Origin: Schizochytrium sp. TIO01
Lineage: Eukaryota; Protista; Bigyra: Labyrinthulomycetes
Reading direction: 5' to 3'
DNA length: 64,000 nucleotides
Assembly (NCBI GenBank): GCA_004764695.1
Contig: SMSO01000008.1
Coordinates: 868,001-932,000 of the forward strand
Made by a program: the position numbers and the translations under genes. Under the pieces are notes generated by a model, which saw only the letters and a list, made by a program, of their open reading frames with translations, was not told the origin of the DNA and searched no databases. Of this stretch, positions 47,359 to 59,060 are shown in pieces. How positions within the stretch are numbered: position 1 is the stretch's first letter; the number at the start of each line of letters is the position of its first letter.

Positions 47359-47971
47359 TTCATTTGCACGGCACTGTCTTCCCTCTACTCCCAAGAATAG
47401 AAAGCGCTAATTATGGATGAATTACTTGAATCGAAAACGGAAATAGGCCGCGTTTAATGAGCGACTATTACACAGCCCAGCAGCCTTGCAAGAAAGAATG
47501 AAAAGCACCAATGACGACTAGGACCAATTTCTATTTTCTTGTTGGTTTCTAATTAGCGTCACTACACACAGCAAAGTACGAAAATAAATTAAAACACTCA
47601 AAAAGCGACATTTGAGAGCTGATTTTCAGCTTCAAATGTTGTGTAATTATTTTTACAAATGTTAGAAAAAGTAGCAAGAATGATTGCCTTGCAATTCTAG
47701 ATTATTCAACTACAAAGTCTCATGGAGGGAATTAAGGCTTGACATTGGCAAGACATAAATAGCAGTAGCCAAACCCTATTATCTATTTACATAACAGTGT
47801 ACGAGAAGAGGCCAAGAAATCGCAAAACCGCTGTTGCTAACATGATCATCTAGGTGCCCTAAAACGAGTATCTATTCCATTGCAGCCACAGAGGACGTCA
47901 GCTTGCTTTGTAATGAAGAAGATCGTTGACAGATAATAAAGTCTGTGGCAAGTTTCTTTCTTTTAAATCTA

Positions 47972-50900
47972 CTAAACAATGTTATCATCACCACAGTCAA
48001 GTGGCAAAGGTGCCACTTCAAAGTCTGTTTCACAGTAAATATTGATGCGAAAAGCACCTTCTCTTCCACGTGGGAATAATGACGGGAAGATCGTGTACGT
48101 CACATCAGCAGTACAAGGGAGCTTAATCTCAAATGAGAGATCACGCGAGTCTTTGTATTTCCCCGTGCTTGCAACGACGGACTTGGCAAGCAACTCACCT
48201 TCGAGGCGCTTACCACCAATGTCCAACAGCAAAAGCGACATAAACGGGTACATACGACCACTTTCGCGTGCTGCATGCTCGTATTGACCAAAGGGATCTA
48301 CACCCTCAGGTTCGTTGAAAAAGGATCCTGCCGAGCCTTGACGCGACTTATCATGACGCGATGTATGAGACTCTTGCAGGTTTGAAATCGAAAAGAATAC
48401 CGTCACCATCTCTTGCTTCATTCCCATGCAAAGAGCACGTGGGGACATTTTACTCTTGTGCGGCCGAGCCGCTTTAAGTCGGAAGGAATACTGGGGATTG
48501 TACCGCGCACCAGGTTGATTTGGAGGACCGCCCGCAGTGATACCCTTCCATTCAGCACTAATCGTTCGATGCAACCATTTATCGTTTTCGAAAATCTGGC
48601 ACACGTAGAGCCATTGAAAGCGCGCTACAAATTCCTCTAGAGAAATCCAGAACTCTCCATCATCACGAGAACCCTGTGGTCTTGAGCCGCTGTCAGACTC
48701 AAAACCAGTGGGAACCGAGCCGAGAGGATCCTGGCTCTCATTATCATCTTCATCCATTTGAGACAAGATTTCCCGTAAGCCATCCACCCGCGACGCAGAG
48801 TCTACCTCATATGACAGACGTCTCTGCATCCTTCGAGTCCATCGTTGGCGATCTTTGCGGGACCATGGTCCATTCCAACGCGAAATGCCCCAAGGATCAC
48901 GCAATTGAAGCAACCGGTGGTGGCCATTGTAATCAGACTCATCTACCACACGAACAATAGAGTATGCGTGGCCGTGCACGATGCCATTGCGATCAGTGGC
49001 AAGCTGGCCATCAGCATATCTATCTGAGCCATTGTCCATCTGCGGAGCTGGGGAACCAGCCGCAAGCAATGCTCCGCGGTGATAAAACTCCAAGAGTTTG
49101 TCCCACAGCGCACCTGACATGACGACTTCCACATCGTCATGAAGTGAAAACACTTGTGATAGACCTCCTGTGAGATCTACCAGAGCAGAGTGCACATGAC
49201 CGCCGTTGAGTGCTTCATAAGAGCCAAAGCGTTTTGCATATGCCTTTTCGATAAGCATAGGCCACAGAACGTTTCCGCTGCGCGATCGGCAGTATTGCGG
49301 GAGGGGAAGGCGCCTAACTTCATTGGAATCATACTCACGATGCGGGCCACGATGTAAGACAACGTCGGGTGGGCGATCACTCAGACGAAGAGTTTTTGTC
49401 TCATCATTTGGATCAAACTCGAGGCTCTGCTCTAAAGAGCAAGGGAAGCGATCGTCAACCAGGATATTTTCCCATTTTCCGTCAAGGAACAGGCGGACGT
49501 GGTAAAGGCCCTTATCAGTCACTCGTTTAGTGACAACAACGTGATCCAAAAGCTTTGGGAAGAGAGCCACAACAGAAATTGCGCTTAGAAGCCAGCAATC
49601 TCCTGTACCACCTTGCAAGACTTCGGTAGGGTCGTAGTCATCATCAGCAGGCTTTACACAGACCTGACGACCAAGACTCATTGCAACGTTAGGAGGAAAG
49701 AATTCGTGAGGGCGGCACCACACAGCACCGCGAATATCCTCATCGTCAAGATCATCCATATATTCTAGATAATCCTCATCGTCCCAATCGAGGAAAAGAC
49801 TTGCATTAGTTGCAGGAAAGTCATTATCTTGCCATACACCGTCACGTCTCAAAATAGATGCAAGCTTGGCAAGAAGCTTCTCGTCATTAAGGTGTTTCCA
49901 TGAATGCTTGACATTATTGAGTCCACTGCCATGACGCACCAACTGTACAATAGACCCAGTCCCAGATCCAGATCCTTGCTTGGTCAAATTTTCGTTGCTT
50001 CCGCGACGTTCATATTGACTTGCAATCAAATCCTTTCGTTGACTTACTGATTGGGCAATGCTCAAACGACCCACGTTGCGGTCCTCGGCCGGATTCCGGT
50101 CTGACGAGAAACGCTTCGAGGCAGCACGTAAACTACCTCGAGCACCTTGCAAAAATTTCATAGCTTTTGACGTAGGGGTCTGTAGCATAGATCCGCTTCG
50201 TTGCGAGTCACTTCGATCAGGTAACGTTTTAGACTTTGGTGAGCCAGGGGTAGTGGCATCAGTAAATGGTGGAAATTGAGGTAATGGTGGAATTCTTAAT
50301 TGAAGTTGCTCTGCCTGCCCACTTGTCAGTGAGGTGCTTGAGAACTGGGGAATCACCTTGCGTGCATCGTCAAGGATACCATTGGTTGAGTCAGAGGAGT
50401 TCGTCCGCATGATCTGATGAATACTCTCAGACTGGCCGGAACTCGCTGCACTTACTGAGTCACCTGCGTCGGAGGCGAGGGGAGACCACATGCTCCGCTT
50501 AATGGCTGCACGCTGTTCGAGGAGAGTCTGCGTCGTTCGCATCCAGAAGAGTACATTAAATAAAGCATCGTACTTACACCCATCATGCATGTACCGAACG
50601 TGCTCGAGATCTTGTTCATACAATTCTTTGTAGTAAGCAATAAGAGCCGGGACGGAATTAATCACGATCTCATCTGTAGATACAGATCGCTCAGGAAAAG
50701 GACGCAATGCAGCACCGCTTTCTAGATCAGGATGTTGATTTTCATCACAGGTTCTGCCTTGATTGTTATCTGCAGTTTGTGGTTTGATACTTTTAAAGTC
50801 GAGGGTCAACAGGCTTGGTAGCTCCGGGGCTGAGGAGAATTCTCGAAGAACAAGGCCCGGAGAAGAAGACGCCGAGTGTTCTGGGACCAAGTCACTCTTG

Positions 50901-53900
50901 TTAGCGCGGCGAAGTGAGTGACCTCGGGCGCTATTATGACTATGCTTGTACCCGGAGGGAAGCGGGATATCCTCACGTTCGCCACTCTCGTCTAGATGAG
51001 GACGGCAGGTCCTTAACCAAGAAGCCATCATTGCTTGCTGTGAGATCTGCAGACAACGCTCGACAGACTCACGAAGGATCCTTTCAAAGACAGCATCAAG
51101 TTCGGAGACATCATCAATCTCAAGGAGATTTCCTCGAAACTGAATGCTGCGGGCAATAGTCATGTGCATAGCATATATTTCCATGAGACAAATCGCTACG
51201 CAAGTGATTGAAACACCTGCATTCGGTTGCACGGTCCACGAAATAAGGAGTCCTAAAAGCTGAATGGAGAACAACACACCAATAACCCACAACAAAGGAG
51301 AGTTATGTTTATAAAGCTCGCCTCCACGATTCTCAACTTTAAATGCGATAGCAGGAATGCCAAAAAGAGATGGCGAGGGGCATAGGCGCGTAGACTTGCG
51401 TACAAGATCGCGGTGAATGCTGAGAATATAAATCACAGAAAAGATCAATGCCAAGGCATAGGCAAGAATAAAGTAACTTAGACCATACAGAGGATCAGCT
51501 GCGTCACCCACGATGTCTGATTTTTCTGTGCAAAGATCCCAGAGCCCTACAGCAAGAAGAGCACAAATAAGAAGAACAACAATCCAAAGTAGCCGGCGGG
51601 TGGGTCGGAAGCGTTTATCACTATCTAGCTTTGTAGAATGCCACCAGAGCCAAATTCCTGAAAGAATGAAAATAAGCATGAGGCTTAGATAGTAGAAAAT
51701 GCCAGCAATATCCGTGAAGCGAATGATAAACCATGCACCAAGACCGAGGAGAATAGCACAGCAGGTGAGTCCAGCGGCAATGACAAAACCAGTAAGTTGA
51801 AAGTGGTCATCTCGGAAAATCTGCATAGCACCTACTCCGCTAATAAAGACAGGAACTAGGAGGAGGAAAAAGCCAACAATATCCAGAAAGTCATTGTAGC
51901 TAGTTCCCTTTGATGTGATAACTTCCTCTAGACCAACAATGTAAGCAACCAGCATACTCGCGACGAGAAGAAGGAAAAGAATCATGAGCCCACGAGAAAT
52001 CTGCAACGTGTTGAACCAAAGTTGGGCGCCGAGCACACCACATAACAATGCGAAGGTTGCACAAGGGAAGAGAATAGCGAATTCAGGGTCGAGATCTTCA
52101 ATTTCATAGCCAAGAGAAATACCCCATGCAGTGAAACCCAGAACAACAAAGAGGCAGCCTATGATGACAACTACGTTACGACGCCAGATGAGCGTTCGTG
52201 CAGCTTTGACTTTGGCAGCATAATTGCGAAGTTTATCATAGTGATCGTCGTTAGGGGATGGATCTGCAGGGAGAATGACACGCTTCGGCAAAGCACGAAG
52301 AAAGCGAAAGTCATCCTTGACCCAGACCTGATGCACGTAAGCCCCGATAAAAAAGGTTGGCAACATGGTTGCAACAGTACCTACAACAGAAAACTTGGCG
52401 GGGCGGTCAAACATTTGATATGAGATGAAGTGTGCACTGTAAATAGCTACAAGCATAACACCTGCAAAGCTGACGAGTACCTGCGACATGAGACGAAAGT
52501 TGCTCAAAAGATGAAGTGGGCGCTTTCCTCGGATGCGAAACCAAAATTGCCACGCGAGGAAGCCAACAAAGAAATTACATACAATAAGAAGTGCAAGCAT
52601 GCCAATTTTATACTGCGGCACTTCCTCGTCAAGGATCATCACTGTGACATAACCGCTCGAATTCTCATTGATACCAAGGCGCATTGTATTGTCGACAGAC
52701 GGAAAGCTAAGAAGAAGAGTAAGCCCTCCAAAGTATAGGAAGAAGATGACAAAGAGAATTTCACGCATGAAAACAACACCCGTCAACCAACAGGCTCGAA
52801 AAAGCGATGATGGTCCTCTCACCCGGTGGAAGGCACGAAGCACTTGGTGACGACCAAGCTTTCCCGAGGGCCGTTTGGAGATGTATTCCTGCGCAAGGCC
52901 CCGACTCAGGTAAACACCGGCGATGGTGTAAAGACATGCTTGGCCAATAAACCACGAGTCACTAGGTACGCTAATGAGAACGATTCGCGCCGCAAGGAGT
53001 ACGAATGCTACATGCCATGGCTGCGCACGACTAATATTAGAAATGTTGTGGCTCGACTTGTGTCTCGATTTGATGTTTGTGTTCTCGAAGTATTTGAGTA
53101 AGAGGATAGAATCAGCCATAATGATTCCTACCGCCTGGAAGAAAGTCACAGAACGTTGTGTGAGAATGAGATGAAGTATGGCATGCATGAGCAATACCGT
53201 GAGTGAGGCAGCGTAGGTAATCATAATTCCAGAACGCAAGATACCCATGTAGGATTGAAGAAGAGTTTCGAGGTAGTTGAGCTTTTTCGCTGGTTTAACC
53301 ACCCAAGCTGGTGCCCGAATGTGATTATCTGCGGCTGTGTGGCGGGAAGAACGTGTGCGACGGACAGGGAGCGAGCCAGATGTGGGACGACGAAGTCCAG
53401 GAAGGTCTACCATTTGTTTCCAGACGCAGGTCTTCAGAACCTCGTAGGCCCGTGCCATTTCACGATCAAGGAGTTCCTTGCCATCAGGACTAGAAAGAGG
53501 TTCCCGAATGGGGCTTTCAATATCTGGAAGTGCATCCCAGTCGCTGACATGATGCGCACCTCCTGAGGCTGCCCCTTGGCAGCTGGACGACGAAGATGAG
53601 TGGGAAGAAGCAGAGGAAGTAGCGTTGCGAAGTTTTGAGGAGGACTTTACGTATCCAGTCTTGCTTTCGCTGGTATCAAAATTGGATACTCTTGATGCAG
53701 AGTGATTGTCAGAATCAGATGGAGAGTCTTCATTCGATTTCATCATGTTCCCAGTAGTAGAGGATCTTGCAGCTTTCGCTTCACGATGAAAACGTCGGCC
53801 CTTGCGTGTGTCATCGTTGTCATTGTCATCGTCATCATCATCATCATCGAAATCAGGGTCGTGGGAACTACCTTGGTCTTCTAAATCGTCACTTTCATTG

Positions 53901-54940
53901 GAGTTGTTACTACTCATGTTCATGAGAACATTAACTCGTTCTTGGGCAGTTGGTGCCCGTTCTTTGAGGCGCATCTCAATATCCTGGGACGGCTCTGATG
54001 CATCATGATGCGACCCAAGCTCTGTAGAGGACATCATAGCTGACTGGTGAGCGTTAACACCATAGCGCATGAGACTTTGCGCGACATGGGTCTGGACCTC
54101 TACAACTAAGTCAACGCCGGCATGAACATAAAGATCTAAAAGAAAAGCGGTGGCAATCACAAAGACTGAATTAAACAGAAGGAAGAGCCAGTTGGATCCA
54201 ACGTGCCAAGTTGCATCATCCTCGAAAAAGTCATCCCCACTATCTGCAAGCCTCTCAATGGTGTGGTTGCAAGTATTGTACATCCAAGCGATTTCCTCGC
54301 CTCTGCATTCTCCAAAGGGAATAAGGAAGGTGTTGGTGACGGTGATGAAGCCGAGAGCAAGGAAGACCAGGAAGAAGAAAATGCGTCTCAGCACTGCTTC
54401 TCGTCGGGTTTGCTCGGCCCAAGGCTGTTCCTCGCCGACGAGGGGGTCAAGAGAGTTTGGAATACAGGCGATGACGCGGAGTTGGGAGGCTAGGCTCCAT
54501 TGATTTCTTCGCCAAAAGATGACCATGGTAAGAATGGTGAGCAAATAAAAGAACATGGAGACCATGGCCAAGGGCTTTTGGCGAAAATTGCCCCATTCGC
54601 TAAACGAAGCGGCATAATAGAGTGTGAGAGCGGCACTCACAGCGAGTCCAACCAGGATCGCGTAAGCAATGAAGGTCCATCCTCGGATGGTATAATGAAA
54701 CAGGCGCAGATTGCTTTGTGTGGAGGGCAACTTGGCGAGCCATGGAACGAACCAGTTTCTGCGCATAGATATTAAAGGGGCAATCATCCAAAGCCGGAAG
54801 CGTGTTTTAGCAAGAATAAGCATGGCCAGTGCGTAGAGTACTGCAGTACAGCATGCTGCCACGACCAGGGCTTGTGCATTCCTTACCTCCCAGAGACCGT
54901 CCCTTTCCCATAATGAGAATCCTGTCGTTTGAACCGTCAT
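47972..54940 (-). CDS. large multi-pass transmembrane calpain (DEK1-like TML-CysPc-C2L)
   Basis: 2322 aa; ~20+ hydrophobic segments; WQDNDFP, QGGTGDCWLLSAI, LWPMLIEKAYAK, DLTGG, GHAYSI, LRDPWG, DGEFWI; C2-like domain (W.GITAGG..NPQY). Confidence 0.92.
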   Translation of the reverse strand: MTVQTTGFSLWERDGLWEVRNAQALVVAACCTAVLYALAMLILAKTRFRLWMIAPLISMRRNWFVPWLAKLPSTQSNLRLFHYTIRGWTFIAYAILVGLAVSAALTLYYAASFSEWGNFRQKPLAMVSMFFYLLTILTMVIFWRRNQWSLASQLRVIACIPNSLDPLVGEEQPWAEQTRREAVLRRIFFFLVFLALGFITVTNTFLIPFGECRGEEIAWMYNTCNHTIERLADSGDDFFEDDATWHVGSNWLFLLFNSVFVIATAFLLDLYVHAGVDLVVEVQTHVAQSLMRYGVNAHQSAMMSSTELGSHHDASEPSQDIEMRLKERAPTAQERVNVLMNMSSNNSNESDDLEDQGSSHDPDFDDDDDDDDNDNDDTRKGRRFHREAKAARSSTTGNMMKSNEDSPSDSDNHSASRVSNFDTSESKTGYVKSSSKLRNATSSASSHSSSSSSCQGAASGGAHHVSDWDALPDIESPIREPLSSPDGKELLDREMARAYEVLKTCVWKQMVDLPGLRRPTSGSLPVRRTRSSRHTAADNHIRAPAWVVKPAKKLNYLETLLQSYMGILRSGIMITYAASLTVLLMHAILHLILTQRSVTFFQAVGIIMADSILLLKYFENTNIKSRHKSSHNISNISRAQPWHVAFVLLAARIVLISVPSDSWFIGQACLYTIAGVYLSRGLAQEYISKRPSGKLGRHQVLRAFHRVRGPSSLFRACWLTGVVFMREILFVIFFLYFGGLTLLLSFPSVDNTMRLGINENSSGYVTVMILDEEVPQYKIGMLALLIVCNFFVGFLAWQFWFRIRGKRPLHLLSNFRLMSQVLVSFAGVMLVAIYSAHFISYQMFDRPAKFSVVGTVATMLPTFFIGAYVHQVWVKDDFRFLRALPKRVILPADPSPNDDHYDKLRNYAAKVKAARTLIWRRNVVVIIGCLFVVLGFTAWGISLGYEIEDLDPEFAILFPCATFALLCGVLGAQLWFNTLQISRGLMILFLLLVASMLVAYIVGLEEVITSKGTSYNDFLDIVGFFLLLVPVFISGVGAMQIFRDDHFQLTGFVIAAGLTCCAILLGLGAWFIIRFTDIAGIFYYLSLMLIFILSGIWLWWHSTKLDSDKRFRPTRRLLWIVVLLICALLAVGLWDLCTEKSDIVGDAADPLYGLSYFILAYALALIFSVIYILSIHRDLVRKSTRLCPSPSLFGIPAIAFKVENRGGELYKHNSPLLWVIGVLFSIQLLGLLISWTVQPNAGVSITCVAICLMEIYAMHMTIARSIQFRGNLLEIDDVSELDAVFERILRESVERCLQISQQAMMASWLRTCRPHLDESGEREDIPLPSGYKHSHNSARGHSLRRANKSDLVPEHSASSSPGLVLREFSSAPELPSLLTLDFKSIKPQTADNNQGRTCDENQHPDLESGAALRPFPERSVSTDEIVINSVPALIAYYKELYEQDLEHVRYMHDGCKYDALFNVLFWMRTTQTLLEQRAAIKRSMWSPLASDAGDSVSAASSGQSESIHQIMRTNSSDSTNGILDDARKVIPQFSSTSLTSGQAEQLQLRIPPLPQFPPFTDATTPGSPKSKTLPDRSDSQRSGSMLQTPTSKAMKFLQGARGSLRAASKRFSSDRNPAEDRNVGRLSIAQSVSQRKDLIASQYERRGSNENLTKQGSGSGTGSIVQLVRHGSGLNNVKHSWKHLNDEKLLAKLASILRRDGVWQDNDFPATNASLFLDWDDEDYLEYMDDLDDEDIRGAVWCRPHEFFPPNVAMSLGRQVCVKPADDDYDPTEVLQGGTGDCWLLSAISVVALFPKLLDHVVVTKRVTDKGLYHVRLFLDGKWENILVDDRFPCSLEQSLEFDPNDETKTLRLSDRPPDVVLHRGPHREYDSNEVRRLPLPQYCRSRSGNVLWPMLIEKAYAKRFGSYEALNGGHVHSALVDLTGGLSQVFSLHDDVEVVMSGALWDKLLEFYHRGALLAAGSPAPQMDNGSDRYADGQLATDRNGIVHGHAYSIVRVVDESDYNGHHRLLQLRDPWGISRWNGPWSRKDRQRWTRRMQRRLSYEVDSASRVDGLREILSQMDEDDNESQDPLGSVPTGFESDSGSRPQGSRDDGEFWISLEEFVARFQWLYVCQIFENDKWLHRTISAEWKGITAGGPPNQPGARYNPQYSFRLKAARPHKSKMSPRALCMGMKQEMVTVFFSISNLQESHTSRHDKSRQGSAGSFFNEPEGVDPFGQYEHAARESGRMYPFMSLLLLDIGGKRLEGELLAKSVVASTGKYKDSRDLSFEIKLPCTADVTYTIFPSLFPRGREGAFRINIYCETDFEVAPLPLDCGDDNIV

Positions 54941-55921
54941 TGTGATTAATTCTGTGCGTCGCTTAAAACTTTCAAGTGATGAGTTTTAATTCTGTTTGAG
55001 TCAAGACAGATGGGGCTTTCTTGTCTGTATCTGTTTTAAATAATGTGTAGCCTGTGTTGCAAATTTGTTGCGCCTGGTTCCTTTGTTTAGTATGTTTCCC
55101 TCCCTTCTTTTCCTCGCTCGTGTGAATCTGTGTGTGGTTGCGAGGCTACGATAGCGTGCAAAGGATAGCGAGCTTAAAGCACACTTTGCTTTGTGTGTAT
55201 TTGTTTTCCTGCCTGTCTGTCTGGTATAATTTTGAGTTGGCTCTAAAACCAAAGAAGACCACAGTTCTACGTCTCTATTGACCTTGAGATTCCGCCCGGC
55301 GTGGGCAGGTCACAACGCCGGGCGAAGAGCGATATTGACGGTAGTTGTGCCAGAAGACTGCGACCGTGCAAGGGCCTCCCTATCGTCTGAGGAAGCGTGC
55401 AGATCTCGCGTTGTAACAACCAGGATTGAAATTTGCACCAACTTTTTCGAAACTCCTCCCAGCGCGAGGTCCAATTTTCGTGGCGATAGAGCGACGACGA
55501 CAGTGACGAATGAAAACCCCGGCTGATGACTTTTTGCAGCTGGAAGCCGCCTGCGCCTGATTCTTCAAGGCGCTTGCTTGTTCTCCTCAAGTCTCCAATT
55601 TTCAAGGGTTCAATATTGGAAATTCCCCAGCTTGTGTAGCAATTGCCGCCTGTTCTTCTGCGCCGGAGGCCGCTCGTCGCGTCCAAGACCGGCGCAGAAA
55701 CTTCGTTCCCGGGGCTGTTTGTTTGCCCGTCGACACAGCAGCCGGCAAGATCAACGCCACAGAAGCGAGCTTACGCTGCACTACGGCAGTGCAGACCCGT
55801 TCGCTTCCGCGACGATCAGCTGCACTGCGTGGATGCCTACCTAGAGATCCACTAACAGAGTTGTCTACTGCACCGCCTCGCAAACGGACCGCCAGGCGGG
55901 AAGCCCGGGCGGCCGAGCTGC

Positions 55922-55956
<35 letters not shown>
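55922..55956. repeat. (GGCA)n microsatellite in a GC-rich block
   Basis: direct reading. Confidence 0.85.
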
Positions 55957-56348
55957 CCGCGCCGGTGCGCCGCGAGGAAGGGCTCCGGCTCTGGGCGGGC
56001 TCGGGCACAGAGCTCCCGAGTCGATGTTTCAGCCTCGCGCCGCTTTTGAAAATGAGAAAGAGCGATTCACTCACTCCCTCACTAAGATGTTGAAGATCCA
56101 CCTTGCCTCCGCCGTCTCAGCCCGAGCCGAGCGCAGCTGCAGGGCCGCTGGAGGCCGCTGCCGAGGTCGCGGAGCTGCTTCCTCGCTGCGGTGGCGCGTC
56201 TGCGCTGCACGCTCGCGCGGGATGCAGGAATGAACAAACAAACAAACAAACAAACAATCAATCAATCAATCAAAGACAAAAGAGGCACTTCTTTCATTCT
56301 CTTTTCTGCTGCAAAAAGAAACACTAAAAGAAGAAAAGTAAGAGAGGC

Positions 56349-56400
56349 AAATTCAAATTCAAATTCAAATTCAAATTCAAATTCAAATTCAAATTCAAAT
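56349..56400. repeat. (AAATTC)n hexanucleotide repeat
   Basis: direct reading. Confidence 0.95.
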
Positions 56401-59008
56401 TTTTTATTTTAAAAGGAAGAGAGAGAGAGAGAATGTTTTCCCCGCATCATTTTGAAGTTAAAAAAAAAAAAAAAAAACTTTATAACTTTAAGAAAAAAAA
56501 GAGATCGAAATAGAAAGAAAAAAAACTCCTAAAATACTGTCCTTTCAAAGAATAAAATTAATACAATAACAACATGAACGATTGTGCTTTTGTTTTGTCA
56601 TTGGTTTTCTTTCTCGTTGCTCGGCCAATCAGGAAACGAAGACCGCGAAAGCGAGCCTGAAATGCAGGCGAGGTCTGCAGAACAAGCCGCGGGCGCCCCA
56701 GCGCACTCGCGCGTATCGCCAGAGCCACCAAAAGACACAGCTTCTGCCTGGCCACAGCATCGATTGACGGAAAGCTTCAAGTTTTGTTGTCGATTTTTGT
56801 TGGTTTGAGGTCCTCTGTTTATGACAAAAAGGAGAAAAGTGCTGTTCCAATTGCGTGTTCTGTCTTGCCTACTTCCAAAAGCCTGCGACGTCTTTTAAAG
56901 GGAAGGAGAGGGAGAAAGAAATAAAGAAAAAACCTCATAGCACCAGCTATGCCAACAGGTAGGAGTTGTTCCATTTCGTCTACCCCCATTTCACATGTGC
57001 ATCATTTTTAAAAGAACGAAGCGAATTTGAAAATGAAAAACAAATACTTTTAAGAAAAGAACAGCAAAGAAAAGAAAAAAAGAGAGCAACCAAAACAATA
57101 TTCTTCGAATGGATAATTATGTTCAATCTGTAAAAGAGTGAACAAGCAAGGTCTCGAAAGGTTTCGAACATTTGGGCGCCTTAGGTTCACTTTCGCTAAC
57201 TTTCCGACAGACTTTACTTCAATAAAGCCCAAAACTCAATCTCGAACCCCACCTTTTCTCTCTTGGTCTACAAAATCAGTCAATCAATCAATCAATCCCT
57301 CTCCAAATCCAAAGCCTCAGGAACTACATTCAATACGACGACGCCAACTCCAAATGCATCATTACATCACAGCTCTGCGGAACCCATTTTCCCACGCCCT
57401 CTGATACTACATCTCAGCAACTCGAAGGTCATCTTTCTTCAGGCAACGACATTAGCTATTAGCAGCGCGGAGATGTTGGAACGCGGTCCAAAGGAACGCC
57501 CCATTGGAACGGCTACGAAAGGCCTAGTCACAGCTAGGCAGTTCTAGGAAGAGGGAAGCGCGCGAAGGGAAGAAAGGGAGGAAAGGGACGATCGCGAGAT
57601 AAAGAGGGCTTAAGCACGCGGGCGGGCGCACGGTGCGCCGACGATTGGGCTGCCTGGAACCCAAGGCTTGGCCTGAAGATCTGCGAGGAGGAGCTGTGCA
57701 TAGGGCCATAGGCGCTGGCAAGCGCTCGGAAATGCTTTGAGGCTCGGCTTGGGCGCCTGTTTGGGCCATCATATCGAGAGAAACCGGGCATGATTGCCGG
57801 TTTTGGGGTGGTTTTGGCCTTTCAGATCTTGGAATTTAGGACACGAGGTCTCGAATTTAGTACGCGCCGGGGTAGTAGCTGGGTATTATGAAGTGCTAGG
57901 CTTTGCCCTTTCTGATGCCCTCTTTTATGGACAATGGCTTGTTATTCTTTTTTACTTTTGTTCCTTTTGATGCTTAATACTCTATAATATTTTATTAAAA
58001 CTCAATAGAATGAACAAACAAAAATATAAATTAAGCTGAGCTGAGAAAGCGGAGCGATTGAAATCATTTCGATGTCGTTCTCTTTCATTTCACAAAATGA
58101 ACAGTAAGAAAGAAAGAAAGAAAGAAAATAAGAAGAATCAATATCGCAACATCACTGAGCGCAGTTCTGGTCGCAGCTGCTGCCGCAGGCAGGTCCCGGA
58201 GACGCGCGGCGGGTCCCGAGGGCGACCCCAGGGCAGACTCGAGGGCCCTTCTGCCCTGCCTCTGGCGGCCTGCCTGCCTGCCTGCCTGCCTGCCACGGCC
58301 CTCAGCCGCTCCGCGAGCGGGCCTCAGCTCTCTGCGCTGCGAGCGCGTTCGATCGTTCGGCCTGTGATTGCCTGTTCTTTTCTTCTTTCATGGCGTCCAT
58401 TTTCTGCGGGCAGAGGCAGAAGAACGGAACAGTGCGTTCTTCGTTGCAGAGAACGGGACAGAGAAAAGAACTACTAAAAGGTCCTATGTTTTGGGGTAGC
58501 TAGGCGGGGACTGCCTTGCGAAAGAAAGGTTTCTCGTTTTGGTTCTTTGAAACTCTATTTACTCTTCACTGATGATGCTATTGAACCCAAAACTGACTTG
58601 TCTTATGTACTTTACTTACTATCATCTATGCGTGTATTTACCAATTACTGATTTTTTAAATTGGAATTAAATAAAAGGTTATTAGCTTAAAAGATAATAT
58701 CAACCATTCCTATTTTTATTTATTTAAATAAATAAAATAAAAAACTAAGAAAGAAAAAGGGGAAAAAAGGCAGAAATTTATAAAACCAAGGGCACGTACA
58801 CATAATTTGCTTTCCATCAGCGCCAACAAACCGAAGTCCTCGCGGCGCTCCAAGCACGCAGACCTTCGGCATTTTACCCAAAGCCGCTCCACCTTGGTCT
58901 GCTCGTCTCCTTCCCAGTCTTCCCAGCGCCTCGCAAAGCCCTGAGCCACGCGTGCTACAGCCCTTCGCAACTGCTCTCTTCTCGCCCACCGCGGCTTTTA
59001 TCTCTCAG

Positions 59009-59059
<51 letters not shown>

Positions 59060-59060
59060 T
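59009..59060. repeat. (CTTT)n microsatellite
   Basis: direct reading. Confidence 0.95.
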
